DNA from: Takakia lepidozioides
Lineage: Eukaryota; Plantae; Bryophyta
DNA length: 64,000 nucleotides
Direction: 5' to 3'
Assembly (NCBI GenBank): GCA_030704615.1
Contig: CM060734.1
Coordinates: 37,448,001-37,512,000 of the forward strand
Shown here: positions 12,897-26,500 of the stretch, piece by piece
Layout: every line of letters starts with the position of its first letter
Position numbering within the stretch: the first letter of the stretch is position 1
Translations under genes and position numbers: made by a program
The notes under the pieces: generated by a model
Databases searched by the model: none
Told to the model about the DNA's origin: nothing
What the model saw: the letters and a program-made list of their open reading frames with translations, nothing else

Positions 12897-14565
12897 ACTA
12901 ATCATCTTATTTGGATGTTGTTAAACTTGCACATAGATTCGAGGTATTTGCTGAAAAAGTCACGTATAGCCTCGATAGGAATACGTTTGAAAATATTGTT
13001 TCTCATACCTAAAGGATGGAACTTCCAAATGAGATCATTTGATCATCCAATTATGTTTGATCTCCAGACATTCTTTTGTCATTTGATTCTATTGGTAGAC
13101 AATGTCACAAAACACAAAACCTTGAGTCTTGCCTCTCCTAGTTTGCACAACACCTATTTCCATGAAGAACAAGCGTGTAATTTCAATTCATAACATATGT
13201 ACTTCCATAGAAATTTATCTAAGAACAAGTACAACAAAATAGGTTTCCCACCAACTGCTCTCGACTACCTAGTAACTAACATTCTGAATTTTACATTTGC
13301 AAATCACTCTCGGTGATATGTAAAGCTTCCCCAAAACACACTTTTTTTTCATCCAACAAACTCCACACAAAGCAGATATTGAGGAATACAAAGGGAATAC
13401 CTGCACCCAACAAGCCACGCCATACTATTAGGCAGGCTATAGCTACGATGCAATATGTCGGCCACTAACAAAGAGGTCGCTCTATTTCGTCTTTAATTAA
13501 TTCACTTTAAGAGAGAACGAATATTAAAATTCTGCCCTGGGAGTAGACGAAATATGGGAATAATCTGCACTTAAAAAGATGAACTTCAAAAACAAAAGGT
13601 AGCAATATGGTAACTCCTAAACGTCAAGTTTGGAAAACAAAATAATAATAAAAACAAAGTTTGAGACTTATTAAAAATATTTACCACTAGCCATGACTAT
13701 GGTTTAGCATAGAGTTACGGCTAACCATAATTATGACTTGCGACATAGTGTGTCAAATATCAATTGTAAGTGAATCTTGACATGGCCCACCTAATTTAGT
13801 GAAAAAAGTACCCATGGGTGCCCAATTCTTGAAAATTTGGATGAAGCCTGAACGACATAATTAATATTGTCAGTAAGCCTGCCGGACCTGGCGACATTTA
13901 ATGATTCCGGCAGAGGTACGTCCAAATAGAGCGGCCTCTAGGGTATCTCTTTGTGATGAAGTGACACTAAGAGTCACGCTTCCTCCACGAGGAATCCTCG
14001 TCTTTTCTATATCAACTTGTCTGTCCCATCGAATATGCGTTTTTGAAATATGCACTTTGGATGAAAGGATTTGTGGACAAATTCGTGTGCACAGGCACCA
14101 TTTGCGCTTTAGCAACTTTGATGACAGGCTGCATCTAGTGCATCCGACAATGGTTTTTAGAATACATATTTTAATACGTTGTATTATATACCATAACTAG
14201 GTAAGATAAATTATTAAAATGATCTCAATTAAGGAATCTCTATATTTGGGAATGCTTTTTAATATGTTTGGGGGGTGTGCCACGTTTGTATCCTTGTACA
14301 TTCAAGAAAAAGTGCACTTTTACCATGTAAAGTGCTTCACAACGGCCAAAGATTGCGGAGGGGACGGTGCAAAAGAGGCTCCATGGACCCAAACATGCAA
14401 TTGACGGTGGGAGCTGTCGCTCTCTCCAGTTTATATCTAGATATTCTTCTAAGATTGCGGAAAACTTATTGGATTATTTGTCTTTGCGATTGTCTTATGG
14501 CATCACCTCGGAGTAAAATATAAGGACTTAAATTTTCCTTCATAATTGATGATGTCTCAAAAAAC

Positions 14566-15061
14566 CAGTGTTGGACTGGTATCAAGTTTCTTACATACCA
14601 GTCTGGTCCTGGTACCTGACGTATTACAAAACTTTCATACCAGTTTGGTCTATATAATGGTGGATGTATTCTTTTTCAGATACTTGTATGAATATGAGTA
14701 TCATGACCACAATACTAGCTGGTATGAGATATCATCAAAAGCCACCTTGAATTACAAATTTATCAATAGCAAGTATCAAATGAAAAAAAATAAAATTTAC
14801 ATAAAGAAGTAAATATACTTAAGTACAAATATATAGGCATATGTACCACATAGATTACTATAGTATACATACCGTAGTCAATGAGGAAGATGGTGGGGGA
14901 GTACTGATACTGTGAAAAAACTGACACCAGCTTTAGTCTGGTATATGACCAAGTATTCTCCCAAATGATACCAGACTGTCTGGTATCTAATACCAGTGCA
15001 TATACCAGTATATATACATATATACCAGTCCTTCACCTAAGTTATATACCAGTCAACACTG
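14566..15061. mobile_element. Non-autonomous hAT-type MITE (496 bp)
   Basis: TIRs CAGTGTTGGACTGGTAT / ATACCAGTCAACACTG. Exact 8-bp TSD CAAAAAAC (14558-14565, 15062-15069). Many subterminal ATACCAG/CTGGTAT motifs. Confidence 0.9.
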
Positions 15062-15101
15062 CAAAAAACACCCTTCAGAATTTCCCGGTTTTCTCCCACT
15101 T

Positions 15102-15260
15102 GAGTGGGTAGCCCAGTGGTTGGGTATTTGTGCCTTGCCTGTGCATAACCTAGGTGATCCTGGGTTCAATCCTTCAACATGTGCCTTCAGACCGTCCATT
15201 GGCCCCGCGATGGGCTGTGTGTTGAGCAGTAGGCTCTGTAAATTCACTGGAGGATAGAAA
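15102..15260 (+). mobile_element. Possible tRNA-derived SINE or tRNA pseudogene
   Basis: A-box-like TAGCCCAGTGG 15109-15119 and B-box GGTTCAATCC 15163-15172. No clean cloverleaf; the 3' end is uncertain. Confidence 0.45.
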
Positions 15261-15462
15261 ACTTTCTTCTTCTCCCCTCCTAGGGCCAGGATTAAATTTC
15301 ACATGACCATCCACCACGCACATGGTCTAAAATTGCAAAAGCTCTTTTTTTCTTTTTTTGTAAAAACAATATAAAGGGAACACCTGGGAACGACAGCTCA
15401 CAAATCAGGGAATCTTCATTTTCCTCAAAAAATGGTTCACTCCATTCTGCCTTGGACTTTCA

Positions 15463-16026
15463 CACGTGGCATCTCAGCACAGGCCATTTCAACAAAAAGC
15501 GAAAAAGTTCATCAGAAAGATCCCATGGTCGGATGAATGAACCATGGGATGTGTGGCGACATCCATAAAAATCTAGTCATAGTCGGTCGGTAGCAACAAG
15601 GAAGTAAAGCACAACCCTGGACCATCCCCAACATAAGTTATATTATACGGGACCCCCCTCGCATGCATCTCACTTTACACCTCATCCCTCGCCCAGAATA
15701 CTCTGCATGGCCAAATAATGCAACCCCGGCTTTGTTGCCACTTGCAGGGGCCGGGTCACTCAAACGATAAAGTGAGAGACTTCATCCATGACGACGGACG
15801 CCAGCTCAACTGCAGTTGGACGGAAGCCACGTGGCGAAAAGCGATATTCTGTCACAAATATCGCACGGCGCGGTGCGTAGCTTTTGGGGCTGAGTCGTCG
15901 CCTCAGATATTTGGCCTTAATTCCATTTATTTAATAGCAATAGTAATAATGTAATGTGCGAAATGAGAAGAGAGCGGGGAGGTGTGCGAGACAGTGTGTC
16001 GGTGCTGCGTCACTTGCCAAATATCT
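15463..16026 (+). promoter_or_regulatory. Putative COR27-like promoter with ABRE/G-box and evening-element/CCA1-site motifs
   Basis: CACGTGGC 15463-15470, AAAAATCT 15567-15574, GCCACGTGGC 15826-15835, AGATATTT 15905-15912 and AAATATCT 16019-16026. Confidence 0.55.
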
Positions 16027-16139
16027 GGCATGCGAAGCTGCCAGGCGCCTGGCAATGATGGTCAAAAGTGGAGGGAGGTTGACAGCTTACCTACACAACG
16101 GTTCACTCCTCGTACTGTCCTACTAACACTCTCACTTTC

Positions 16140-16450
16140 TTTGCCACAACTTGATCTTTCTTGACCAAATCCACTAGTCACGCTTTTTCTCGCAATTTTC
16201 GAAGTTTGTTTTGAGGATGTGTTGAGGCATTCGGTCCTCTGCCATCTTGATCTTTCTTGACCAAATCGACTAGTCACGCTTTTTCTCCCAATGAAACTCG
16301 AAGTCTGTTTTGAGAGTGTGTTGAGGCATTCGGTCCTTTGCCATCTTAATCTTTCTTGACCAAATCGACTAGTCATGCTTTTCATGCTTTTTCTCGCAAT
16401 GTTCGAAGTCTGTTTTGAGAATTTGTTGAGGCATTCGGTACTTTGCCATG
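16140..16450 (+). repeat. Tandem repeat, ~3 copies of a ~96-100-bp unit
   Basis: Unit CTTGATCTTTCTTGACCAAATC..ACTAGTCA..GTTGAGGCATTCGGT..TGCCAT starts at about 16150, 16246 and 16345. Confidence 0.9.
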
Positions 16451-16891
16451 TAGCTTTTGTTCTTTTGGATTAATGCCGGCGATGGCCGATCGATGCGTAA
16501 TATCTGGCTCTGCAACCTTAATCGAGCCTTGCCGGGTCTCTCTCTTGGCTCTTTTGAGGTTGGAAGCACCCGTCGAGCGTAGACGACCGTCTGACGCGAC
16601 GAGATGGTCAGTTTTTGTTGCTCTTAGGCCGTTGGTTCTTGCTCTACTTGGTTCAGGATTGGGAGCTTTGCACAGCCTGTCTGTTAGCAGCTTGCAATGC
16701 GCGTAACGTTTTTGTTGGAAACTCGTTTTTTCCTCTAGCACATGAACGGCGCCAGGCTTTCTGTTTAAGATTTTCTTACAGGTTGTTGTTACAACGTTTT
16801 CCCACGGAGGCGCAGATTGTATCTTCCTACTGCCTTGTCCAAGTCTTAGCACAGTACCAGCTGGAACTGATGGTGCCAAATTGCGGACTGT

Positions 16892-19800
16892 ATGCGATCC
16901 GGTTTGGCGTCGAATGTCTGCACATGTCCGAGGAAGTTTATACCAGCCAGTAGCAATTCCAAAGGTTCAGACGATATGGAGGCGTCGGCTGAGTCCGAAG
17001 GTTCGGTGGAGAGCTCGACCATGTCTGATTCATATTTCAAGAAGGTCTCAGAGAAGCCGCCGCAGAGGAGTCTTTCTACGGAGACCATGTTAACTTCGGA
17101 TTCTGCTTTTAAATATGACGAGGCTCTAGATGCCGCAAGGGAATTGGATGGGAGCGAGCCAGAATCCTCAGACAACGAGGGCACTATGAATCCCATGGTA
17201 ACGTCCTTCCTGCCCCACGCATCTCGGATCTCTTCCTTCTAGATCATTCCCAGACTTTCTCTTAGCAGATTTACGTACAGAGGTAACTCTGTGCAAAAGT
17301 CTAATGAAGACGTAACTTCTGCTTTTGAACACCAGGACCAAAAATTGAGGACTACCACCGTTGCAAAACGCTTTGACTCATTGTCTCTTAGCTCAATCTG
17401 TTCAGTTTGCAGTATCATGAAGCATAGTTGAAAATTCGGCGATCTACTGTAATAATGCAAATACAGATAGAGTATTAAATTAAAGGTGTACCCAGTTCTC
17501 TCTGATATCTTCTTCTGAGGGGACCATCTTGATAGTTGGCTTGGCACTACCCAGACCCTTGCTCATTGTAGATTCTTGGCATGATGAACACCATGGAGGT
17601 CACAGTCTCACGTTCATGTAATCTAATGTCAAGGCCGCACCCTTCTTTTTTAGCCGGGTTTTTCACAGTCTACCTTTTCAAATGCTGCATGCTTGAGTTC
17701 TCCTAAGCAGCAATTTTGTGTTGAGAGTGCATGGTAGAGGATTCTTGAAACTGGAGCTGATGACAACTGAGTTCTTAGTAATGGGCAAATGGTTGTTGTC
17801 TTGCAGATCCTAGAGGATCGGACATGGACAAATGACAAACATTGCTCTTACTTGAATTCTATAGAAGCCTCGTTTGTGAGGAGCTTGTATGGACAAGCCA
17901 GGGATTCTGAACAAGATTGTGCAGAGTCTCGATTAAGTGGCCCCTATTCATGCTGTACATCAACCCCCCTTGAGGTTGGTTTTTACACTCTTTTCAAGTC
18001 TTACTAACGTAACAATCTTTTGATCGATGTATCTGATAGTTGGCTCTCATGTGACTGGTTCAAGTATTTTGGCTGTTGGCTAAATTTTTCTCATTCTAAC
18101 GTGCAAGACTAAGGTTTTATTGGACAGATGGGGTAAGCCGTGTTGATTGCTTTAAGGGACCCAGTTGATTCTTATCTTGCACTTCACCTCAGTGCAGGGA
18201 TAAAGGATGCTTGCAACTGTGTTTCGAGTATAGACATAATGATTTGGTCTTATTTGTGGTGCAGTATTTCAAGTTACTACAAGGAGGGTCATACGAGCAG
18301 AAAGCCTACTACCACCCCCAGATGATGGAGCCTGCCTTTCCTTACCCAGCTGTGCTTGCCAGCCCTTGGATTCGGCATTTCAAGCCTAAGGGGGCCTCAA
18401 ATCCGGCAGGGACCTTTCCAACTGGTCAAGGAGATGCAGTCCTCGTTCACAGCAGGGTTGTCATCGGAGGGATGAGGGACAGCATTGGGGAAAGGAAGGA
18501 GTTAGTGAAAGGTAGACAAACACAGGAGTTGATGGGAGTTGATGGAGATGGAAAGGCTGAGAGTAGTGAAGAGCAAGATTGTGAGGGTGGGGCAGAGGTC
18601 CCAGATACAGATCAGGGTCTGCGCTTTTGGCAACATCGATTCCAAAGTCATGCAAAACGATCTGGGAGTGCGAGCGGCAGACAGGATTCCCATATTATGA
18701 TCAAGACACGAAAATTCAATGCTGAACTTCGCAATGGTATGCTTCTTTCATTATGTCCATGTGGGTGGGTTGGAAGACTTGTCCTGCTTGTGCTTGCAGT
18801 AAAGCTTCTGGCCTGTTGAGTGTATTACACTGATGAGTAAGTTAATGAAACTTGTCTGTAAATACCTTAGAATCTCTTCCCAGTGTGTTGTGAGTTGTAA
18901 AGAGAATTGTCCGGGGACTGAGCGGTTGGACCACTTTTGTTTCGAGAGTGTGGATCTTCTCATTGATAAGGCAATGAAGTAGTGATAAAGATGCCAACAG
19001 TAGATGGAATTCCTGGGACTGAACAGTATAGGCACAGTGTTTCACCATAAACAGTTTTCTAGGTGATTCTGGTGTGACACTTAGGTAACCTTTCAGCTTC
19101 CTTCCTTAAACCGCTTTTACAAGCTTGGATCTGTAAGGTTCTATACCATTAGGGCCAGGAGGGTTTTCCATTTGTCCACCCACGTTCCTTGAGTGATTAT
19201 GTAGTTCTATGGAGGGTGCACAGGACTGCCCAACGCCAGGAGAGCGATCAAGTAGTCAAACTCATTTAGCATCTGGAAATGAAGAGTGAGCTTCCTTCAA
19301 TTGACAGGCACCCTTATACTGCTAAGAAATGCACGTTTCATGAGTTTGAGGCTTGGAAGACGGATTATGGGGGTGGACATTCTACTGAAGCTTGTTCTAT
19401 TTGTGTGCAGCAGCAGATATCTACCCTCCCAAGATACCCAATACAACACGGCAAGAGCTTGCATTGAAGAATGCAGACATGTTAAAACAATGTATGGCTA
19501 GACAACGGTGCCAGGCAGAGGCTGAAGCTTCGGGTTGCAAGCTTGAGCATGGACCGGGTGATGAGCAACTACGAAAGCATGATGACAGGTCTCAGCCAAT
19601 AGCAAACTCTAGTGCTGAAAATGGCCGGACCTCTCTATCTGCCTCTGAAGCTGTGCAGGCTGCTCAAGATAGAGATATATGCCTAATGCCAGGACGAAGC
19701 TGGGGCAAGTGTACACCATCAGATCTTGATCAGGTACTGAACAATATTCTAGATTTTTCTGTTTATGCTATCCCTCCACTCCTTCTGTCCCACTTTGTAG

Positions 19801-20624
19801 CACATATTGCCAGACCAAACAATCAGATAGTGCAAGGCAAGCAACAACAATTGCAGGAAATTGGTCACCCTCTGCTTGAAGCAGTCGAAAGTGGGGTGTA
19901 TGCATGAGGAGTCCTACCTTTTGGAGAGAATGATTGAACCCCAATATACGTTTTTGCCCCTTTGGCCCTTCATGGCTTCTCAAGTGTGGTGGATATGAAT
20001 TGATAAATGACATACAGTTTTAGTAGTGCACATTTTGTCAACGCGTAGGGGTAGACAGAAGCACCTGAGGTAGTGTAGACTTGATGTTTTATATATAGTG
20101 GATTGTTTACTAATATAATTTAGGCTACATTTCTTGTACAGGTTGTTCCCTCATTTGGGAAAGCAGAAATTGAGGATGGGAAAAACAGACAGGTTGAGGA
20201 GAAACAGGTTTCTGAGTATATGAACACCACTATGGGACGGGAGATGGTCTCTCCTGCTGCTGCAGCTGTGGAGTCTACGAGGGGGAAGCAACTCGGACAG
20301 GAGGAAACCTCCACCATTTCAGCATCTATGAGCAGTTCAAGTGGAGATGAAGGTGATGAGAGAAAATTTAACCAGAACATGTGTTCATACACTGTACGAC
20401 ATGGCAACAACCCAGTGCTCAGTAAGCACATGCGAAGGCTTGACGAAGAAGTAGCAGATGACTTGCCCAAGTTACAAGGTAGAGTGGGAGTGCAATTTGA
20501 AAAAAACTACAAAACTGAGCTACAGGTTGAAGGAGCTGTATCCTCCAAAGCACAAATCTGGACGTGGGGCTTACAGGGACTGCGGCGGCGAAACATACAG
20601 AGAAAGATAGTAAAACCCACTTGA
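16892..20624 (+). CDS. COR27: Cold-regulated protein 27/28 family (circadian clock, light and cold regulator), 5 exons
   Basis: Exons 16892 (or 16976)-17197, 17807-17974, 18265-18736, 19411-19733 and 20142-20624, all GT-AG and phase-consistent (583 or 555 aa). Family motifs in the correct order: WTNDKHCSYLNSIEASFVRSLY, YFKLLQGG, LASPWIRHFKP, and DQ|VVP formed across the last intron. Confidence 0.85.
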
Positions 20625-21219
20625 CTAGCTCACCATCATATTAAGAGCTAGCAGAATCCCTCTTACAGACATGTGAGCAGTCCAACCCTTAGGAATTTGT
20701 GCTATAGCTCCGTTCTTCTTCTTCTCCTCCCTCTCAGTGGGCCAATTGCCACATGTTTGAGGTTTAAAGTAGAAATGTATTATTTCTTCTAGAGGAAAGT
20801 AGCTTTCTCTACTTGGATGGTATTTGACTATATTGATGTCTTCTGACCTCTTGGTAAATCTCAGTCTAAGCAGGCTTTGAGTGGCTTGAGTTGGCTTCGC
20901 ATAACAAAATGAACCACCTCAATTGTGTCCCTTTTGGAGTTCAGAGTGGTGTCCTTCCTTTCTGAACAAAAGTCTAGATAATGCCCACTCCCTCATCTTT
21001 GCATCGCAGTCGTCATGAAGAGCTCTTTGGGAGATGTGGCGAAATGCCATTGCTTATGAGGATGAGTGCTACATTCACTAGCGAAGGTTCCACAATTTCC
21101 ATGTTCATAAAAAGCATTGGTGATCCTGCAACTTTTCCTTACCCAATGCATGAAATTGGATAAGGCGGGTAAGTACAGCACTATGAAATATTCACCATAT
21201 TCCTTGAATATCCATTGAA

Positions 21220-21872
21220 TCAATATATGAATGAAGACGTTTGTTTTGTTTTGTTTTGTTTGTTTTGTTTGTAGCGTCGTTGAAATCTCCCAAACTGCGG
21301 GACCTAGAGCTCTTGCTTGGTGCCGTTGGAAAGCCCTCAATGAGGAGGGGTGCACTGGCTTAGTCTCATGATTTTTGGACCGGTGGTGTGGGAGATATGG
21401 AATTTCAAGTACTTTTGGTCGTTGGAAATTCTCAAAAAATAGCAAAGTGGACTTTCTTGGATTAATGATTGGATTAATGATTGGGCCTTCACGTGGGAGA
21501 TTTGGAATTTCAAGTCCTTTGGGTTGTTGGAAATTCGCAAAAAATAACAAAGTGGATATATCAATATATGAAGCCTCGACAAGGGAGATTGCAAAAATAG
21601 AAAAGTGGGCTTTCGGATTGCACTTGGACTTAGGACTTAGGTGACATTGGACGCTGGAGGTCACACTTGGGCCTCTACATGGGAATACATGGGAATCGCA
21701 TGTGGATACATAGGAGGTTGCACTGGGGTTTAGGTTTCAATTCTTCACACATGGGCCAATGGCACACATGCTACCCTAGATCTCCCAAATAGTGGGGTCT
21801 CTAGATACATAGGGGATTGCACTTGATTTAGATGACACTAGACACTTGGGCCAACGGCACAGTCTACCCTAG
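21220..21872 (+). mobile_element. Non-autonomous Helitron-like element (653 bp)
   Basis: A|TC 5' end followed by (TTTG)n-type repeats; CTAG|T 3' end preceded by the imperfect hairpin TGGGCCAACGGCACA. No TSD. Internal duplicated blocks (GGAATTTCAAGT..GTTGGAAATTC..AAAGTGGA). Confidence 0.65.
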
Positions 21873-23513
21873 TATCTATGGAGAATGCAAGAATGAGTCT
21901 TGGAAGCAACTTGTCTCGAGCAAGGGGAGACATCTTGGATGACCTCAAGGGTCCACCCACTCTCGGCACTAGACTGAAATTTAAACTCAGGGAAGGAAGC
22001 CTACCTTTGAACATGAAACAGAAGCAGAGAGGAAAGGGGGAGTGCACTCTCCCAAGTGAACCTGCATCATTCAGTTGGCAAGACCATGTCTGAAAAATTG
22101 ATCCATTTGAAGACACCACGGTGCAGCTGAGCACAGCCTGACATGACAACAATTAAACATCATACTGAGAAAGAGAAGCAGTCAAGGACACAGTCATGCA
22201 TATGGCAGCAAGTGATCACCCTTCAAACATGATTGAAAACATACATGAGGTCAAAGGCAATAAGAAATCAGCGAAGGGTACTGCAGCTAACAGTTGGAGT
22301 GTCTTGAGAGCCCACCTCTGCCAGCCTGAAGGGGCTCTTAATTATGCCGGCTTTGGCTGGAGTCCTCTCTCTCTCTCTCTACACAGAGTATTGTCCCTCT
22401 TCAGTTTCTAGTGTGCATCCACGTTTGGCGGCCTCCTCATTCTATTAGTGGCCCACCGTTTAATTGGAGACATTGACCAGCTCTATATAGGGTGGCCCAG
22501 TTGGTGTAATATGAGTACGTGAATTGGTTGCTTATTGCATTGACCATATGCATTATTGCCTGCCCATGCAACCACATCGTCGATTTGGAGTTTGTGCACA
22601 ACAAACGTCCAGTGAGGAGAGTTTGTGGAAAATAAGAGAGAGAATGCTCATACATTCAAATTTGTAATATATGTGGTATGTGTCACACACAATCTTGGTT
22701 CTACTCTTCTGGAGCTAATTCTTTTGGGTGCATTCGGATCTCATGAATCCCAAATTGAGATGTACCTGCAAGTTTAGACTATCATATTTCTGCAGAACTT
22801 TACAAGATTTCCCTGTTCACAATGATGTCCATCCTTAAAAAGTATGGAACTTTTGTGACTAGTACATAGTCGACTCCTGTAGTGTAACCTTATTTTAGTA
22901 ATATATATTCCTTGCAGGCTTTGGTAACATAAGCAGGCAACCATTGCCCGGTCCAAAGCAGTTTCAAAGTCAACTTAGGGACAAAAACAAAAAACATGGG
23001 CAACTTTCTTTTGTTCAAGAACTCCAGAATGACCTTGCAAGGTATTTCAAATATTCCCAAAGTCGTCTGATCCTCTACCTGAGGTTAGCATATACACTTT
23101 CTGAAGGAGAGACTGGTTGCTTTACTTCCCCCCGTTGGGTGCTAGGATATTGCACATGACCCATTCCCACATGAATCCTTATAGATGACAAGCTGCTGGA
23201 CAAATTTTAAACAATGACAATAACAGGAAGTGCTAAGATCCAACGTGCTGGAGCAATCTCAATAGTAGATTTCCAAGGTGCTTCCAACTGAGAGGAAGAA
23301 AAGGCAGAGAACAAAAACCACTAGTTGGCTTTATCCTAGTCAAAAACGCAGTGGAGAATGCTTGTTATTCACAACTTTCTCAAGCATTTCCTGTAAGTAT
23401 TAAGGAAATAGTCAAAGATTCAAACGTCCGAAATATTGTTGGGCGCTCACTGATGTGTTGCGCTCCAGATTTGACAACTAATGAATCTCTGCTTTGAAGT
23501 TTTTTGTTAACAC

Positions 23514-26500
23514 TTACGACGCTGATGCCATAGTCTTCTCTTGTAAGTCAATGGCACCCATATCTCTGGTGACAGTGGACTCCAGGTCTAAGGCTCTCTT
23601 CGAAGAACTTGAACTGGTGCTGCTGCTTGCACCTCCACCATGTCTTCCTTCCCTGGGCCTCTCACCCACACTGTCATCTTCTTCTGCCTCCGAGTGTACT
23701 CGCAACATTTTTGCCTTTCGGTATTCATCATAGTGTATACGGCGATGCTCTTCAAAACTCTGTCGCCGGCCATTGGCTTCCAACCCTGAGATGTGTCAAA
23801 CAGCTTCAAAACTTAATTGCCATGGACCCCTCAGACTACACTGTGCTATTAATCCACCATCCCGTGTCCCTACCTTTTGGTCTTACCTTCCCTCCCCATG
23901 AAACAAGGGAGGTAATTTGAAGACACATTCCAGTGTAATCGGTAAGCAATCAACACAGTGTAACCTCAAAGTACATTTTTGAGACTGACGTTCCGTGAAT
24001 TAACCCTGTCATGACTTGCACCTGCTAGAAGTGGTTGTCTACATTCAGATGTCCGAACTCTTCAAATAAGTAGATCATCTACACTGAACTTTTACATTAA
24101 AAGAGGGAAGGGGTCCTGTTGTAACATGGAACTCCATGCAGTCATTCCTGTTGACTGCGGACAATAGATATACCCATTCTATCAGCATCAGCTATCAACA
24201 GTGACGTGACCTGTGCCCAGCATCAACAAAGTATGTATCTATTTTGCAAATGCCGTGCATGGACAAGCTTGAAGAAGGGACGAGAGACACAAACCTTCAT
24301 CATAGTGCTCTAGGTCATCAAACTCATCCTCGCTAGAGGTCCAGCCACTGCTGCTGCCCCGCTGCCGGCTGCTGCTAGCACCGCTGGAGGAGGCAACTTC
24401 GGCTAGAGCGTGCCTTATTGCTTCTGCATGTATGGCCGTTTCCATGGGAACCCTCTCATCATCTGGGCTGGGTGACACCACCCCTGCAACAAACTCCCCT
24501 CCTCCATGTTCAGACAACGAACACCATCATCTTTTCTTGATGAACTACACCATTCACCAAACTACATGACTTTGGGGATGCTGAAGTGCCACAGTATCTG
24601 ACTGGAGATGGTTGAACAGAGGTGCTAACAGGCATTCCTTCTCTTTCTTGGCAAGTACCAACAGAAAAATTGAAAAAAGGTTATAGAATAGTTTTGACTT
24701 GCCAGGCAGTGCTGATTTAACCCTAGGCAAAGCTGACAGGGAGGATAAAAATGCACATGCTGATGAGAGGGAAACACAATTCTTCAATGCATCTGCTATA
24801 ATGGATCCATGAAAAACATACAGCACACTGCTAAAAGAGGTGAAGCTACTTTTAGGGGGATGAGAAGGTAATCGTCAGAAAGGTGCCCATGAGGACTTTC
24901 GTTCCCAGTCTGCTACTCAGATCACCCTTGCTACTTCAAAAAAAAATGGAAATTCTTAAGTAGAGACCTCTCACCCCTCTAGAACAGATCCTGCCATACA
25001 CAAGTGGGCCAAACACATGTATGCATATTGGAATGAAGCAAAGGGTGCGTCATATACCATCAGCTATATCAGGGGCATAGTATGGTGTCTTGGGTTCAGT
25101 GATCTTCTGCTTGGGTGTTTTGCAGGCCTCTAGGAAGTCCAAGTTCTCCTCATCCCAAATAACTCGTCCTCTGTCAGAAAGAAAGAGACAGAAAAACGCC
25201 CACATACAGACCACCAAACATGAAGTCAAATCTCATTGTGAGAGCCCTACGTGACCCAGTCAACAATGTAACAAGAAGTCCAAGCAGCCAGGTTTTTTAA
25301 TATTGTAGAGGTAAAACATCTGGCTGTGGAACTGACATTCATGCAACTGGAGACTTGGAAGAACTTCCAGAATTCAATGATCAAATTTGACACCAGAAAA
25401 TCAGCCTCTCTGGGATTGCAGAGTAATGGTTTTCCTTGTACAGTAAATTATGTGATATTAGCAATTAATCCAACCTCCTTCATGATAAGGCCCAAGATTG
25501 CAATATTGAATCCTCATCATGAGCAACAACAACTGAGCATAACTTGCTTGTTGCTAGCTGGAAGCAGCAGCTTAGTTAAATGTTGAAGTCATTCCAATAG
25601 ATTGAAGCCAAAAATTGTGAAAGACTTCCATTCAACCATCAAAATCTGTATTGCAGCCCTTCTCCTGAAGAAGATGCTATACTCTGTCAAACACCAGCAA
25701 GTTCAGGGTGTGACTAACCTTGCAACTTTGCCTTCAAAATCCTAATTTGCACAAAATGTCAGGATTCACTTGTAGTAAGATCTATGCTCCATACTCTATT
25801 TAATCTTATGCTACAACCAAAAGGTAGGTAGCTTCACATAATCACTTTCTAAGTGTACTTCCTGTGGCAATCTTCATGCCAAACACATGGCAGTCTTACT
25901 GAATCCAGGTTTGCAGGATGAGCTCCATTTTGTGTAGGCTGAGCCAATAATCAAGGGAACTTCACAGCTGTTGGACACTTCACCCTGTCCCTTGCCTTCT
26001 TGAAAATCACTTTTTACTTGACGTCATAATAACCACTGAACCAAGACAACTTTTTCAAATGTGAAAAGTTTCAAACTTACAAAATCCCTTGTTAGAGGAA
26101 GTGTCAGTTTTGGGTCCTACATTGCCAAGGACGCCTCCTCCTCATCTTTCAGGATATGCAGTACCTTAATTTTTCGGGTGTAACCAACTTGGGAAACTTT
26201 GAGCCCAACATAATAGTATCACCAAACATATCGGGGCTCTCACAAAGGGAAGATGGAAATCCAGGTCCTGCGTCCAGGGCTCACTGCAAAAGCTTGAAGG
26301 CCTAAGACCCAAACGGAGGCTAAGGATGTGGCTCATCGGAGACCTGGTTTGCTGGGACGAATGCTCTTAAGAAGAAGAATCAACCGTCCATGAGCCTATG
26401 TAACCTTTCACCAGGTGTTTGAAAAGACAGGCCTTGTTTAATTTAAAATAACCTTCCCCCTCGAGGTCGTCCCAACAAAAGCAAAGAGGTCGTTTGCACA

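Noticed and set aside
13420-13570. Possible further organellar fragment with a short inverted repeat
   Set aside because: I could not assign it to any gene without a search.
16140-16450. CRISPR-like array
   Set aside because: The whole unit is repeated with no unique spacers, there are no cas genes, and the context is eukaryotic.
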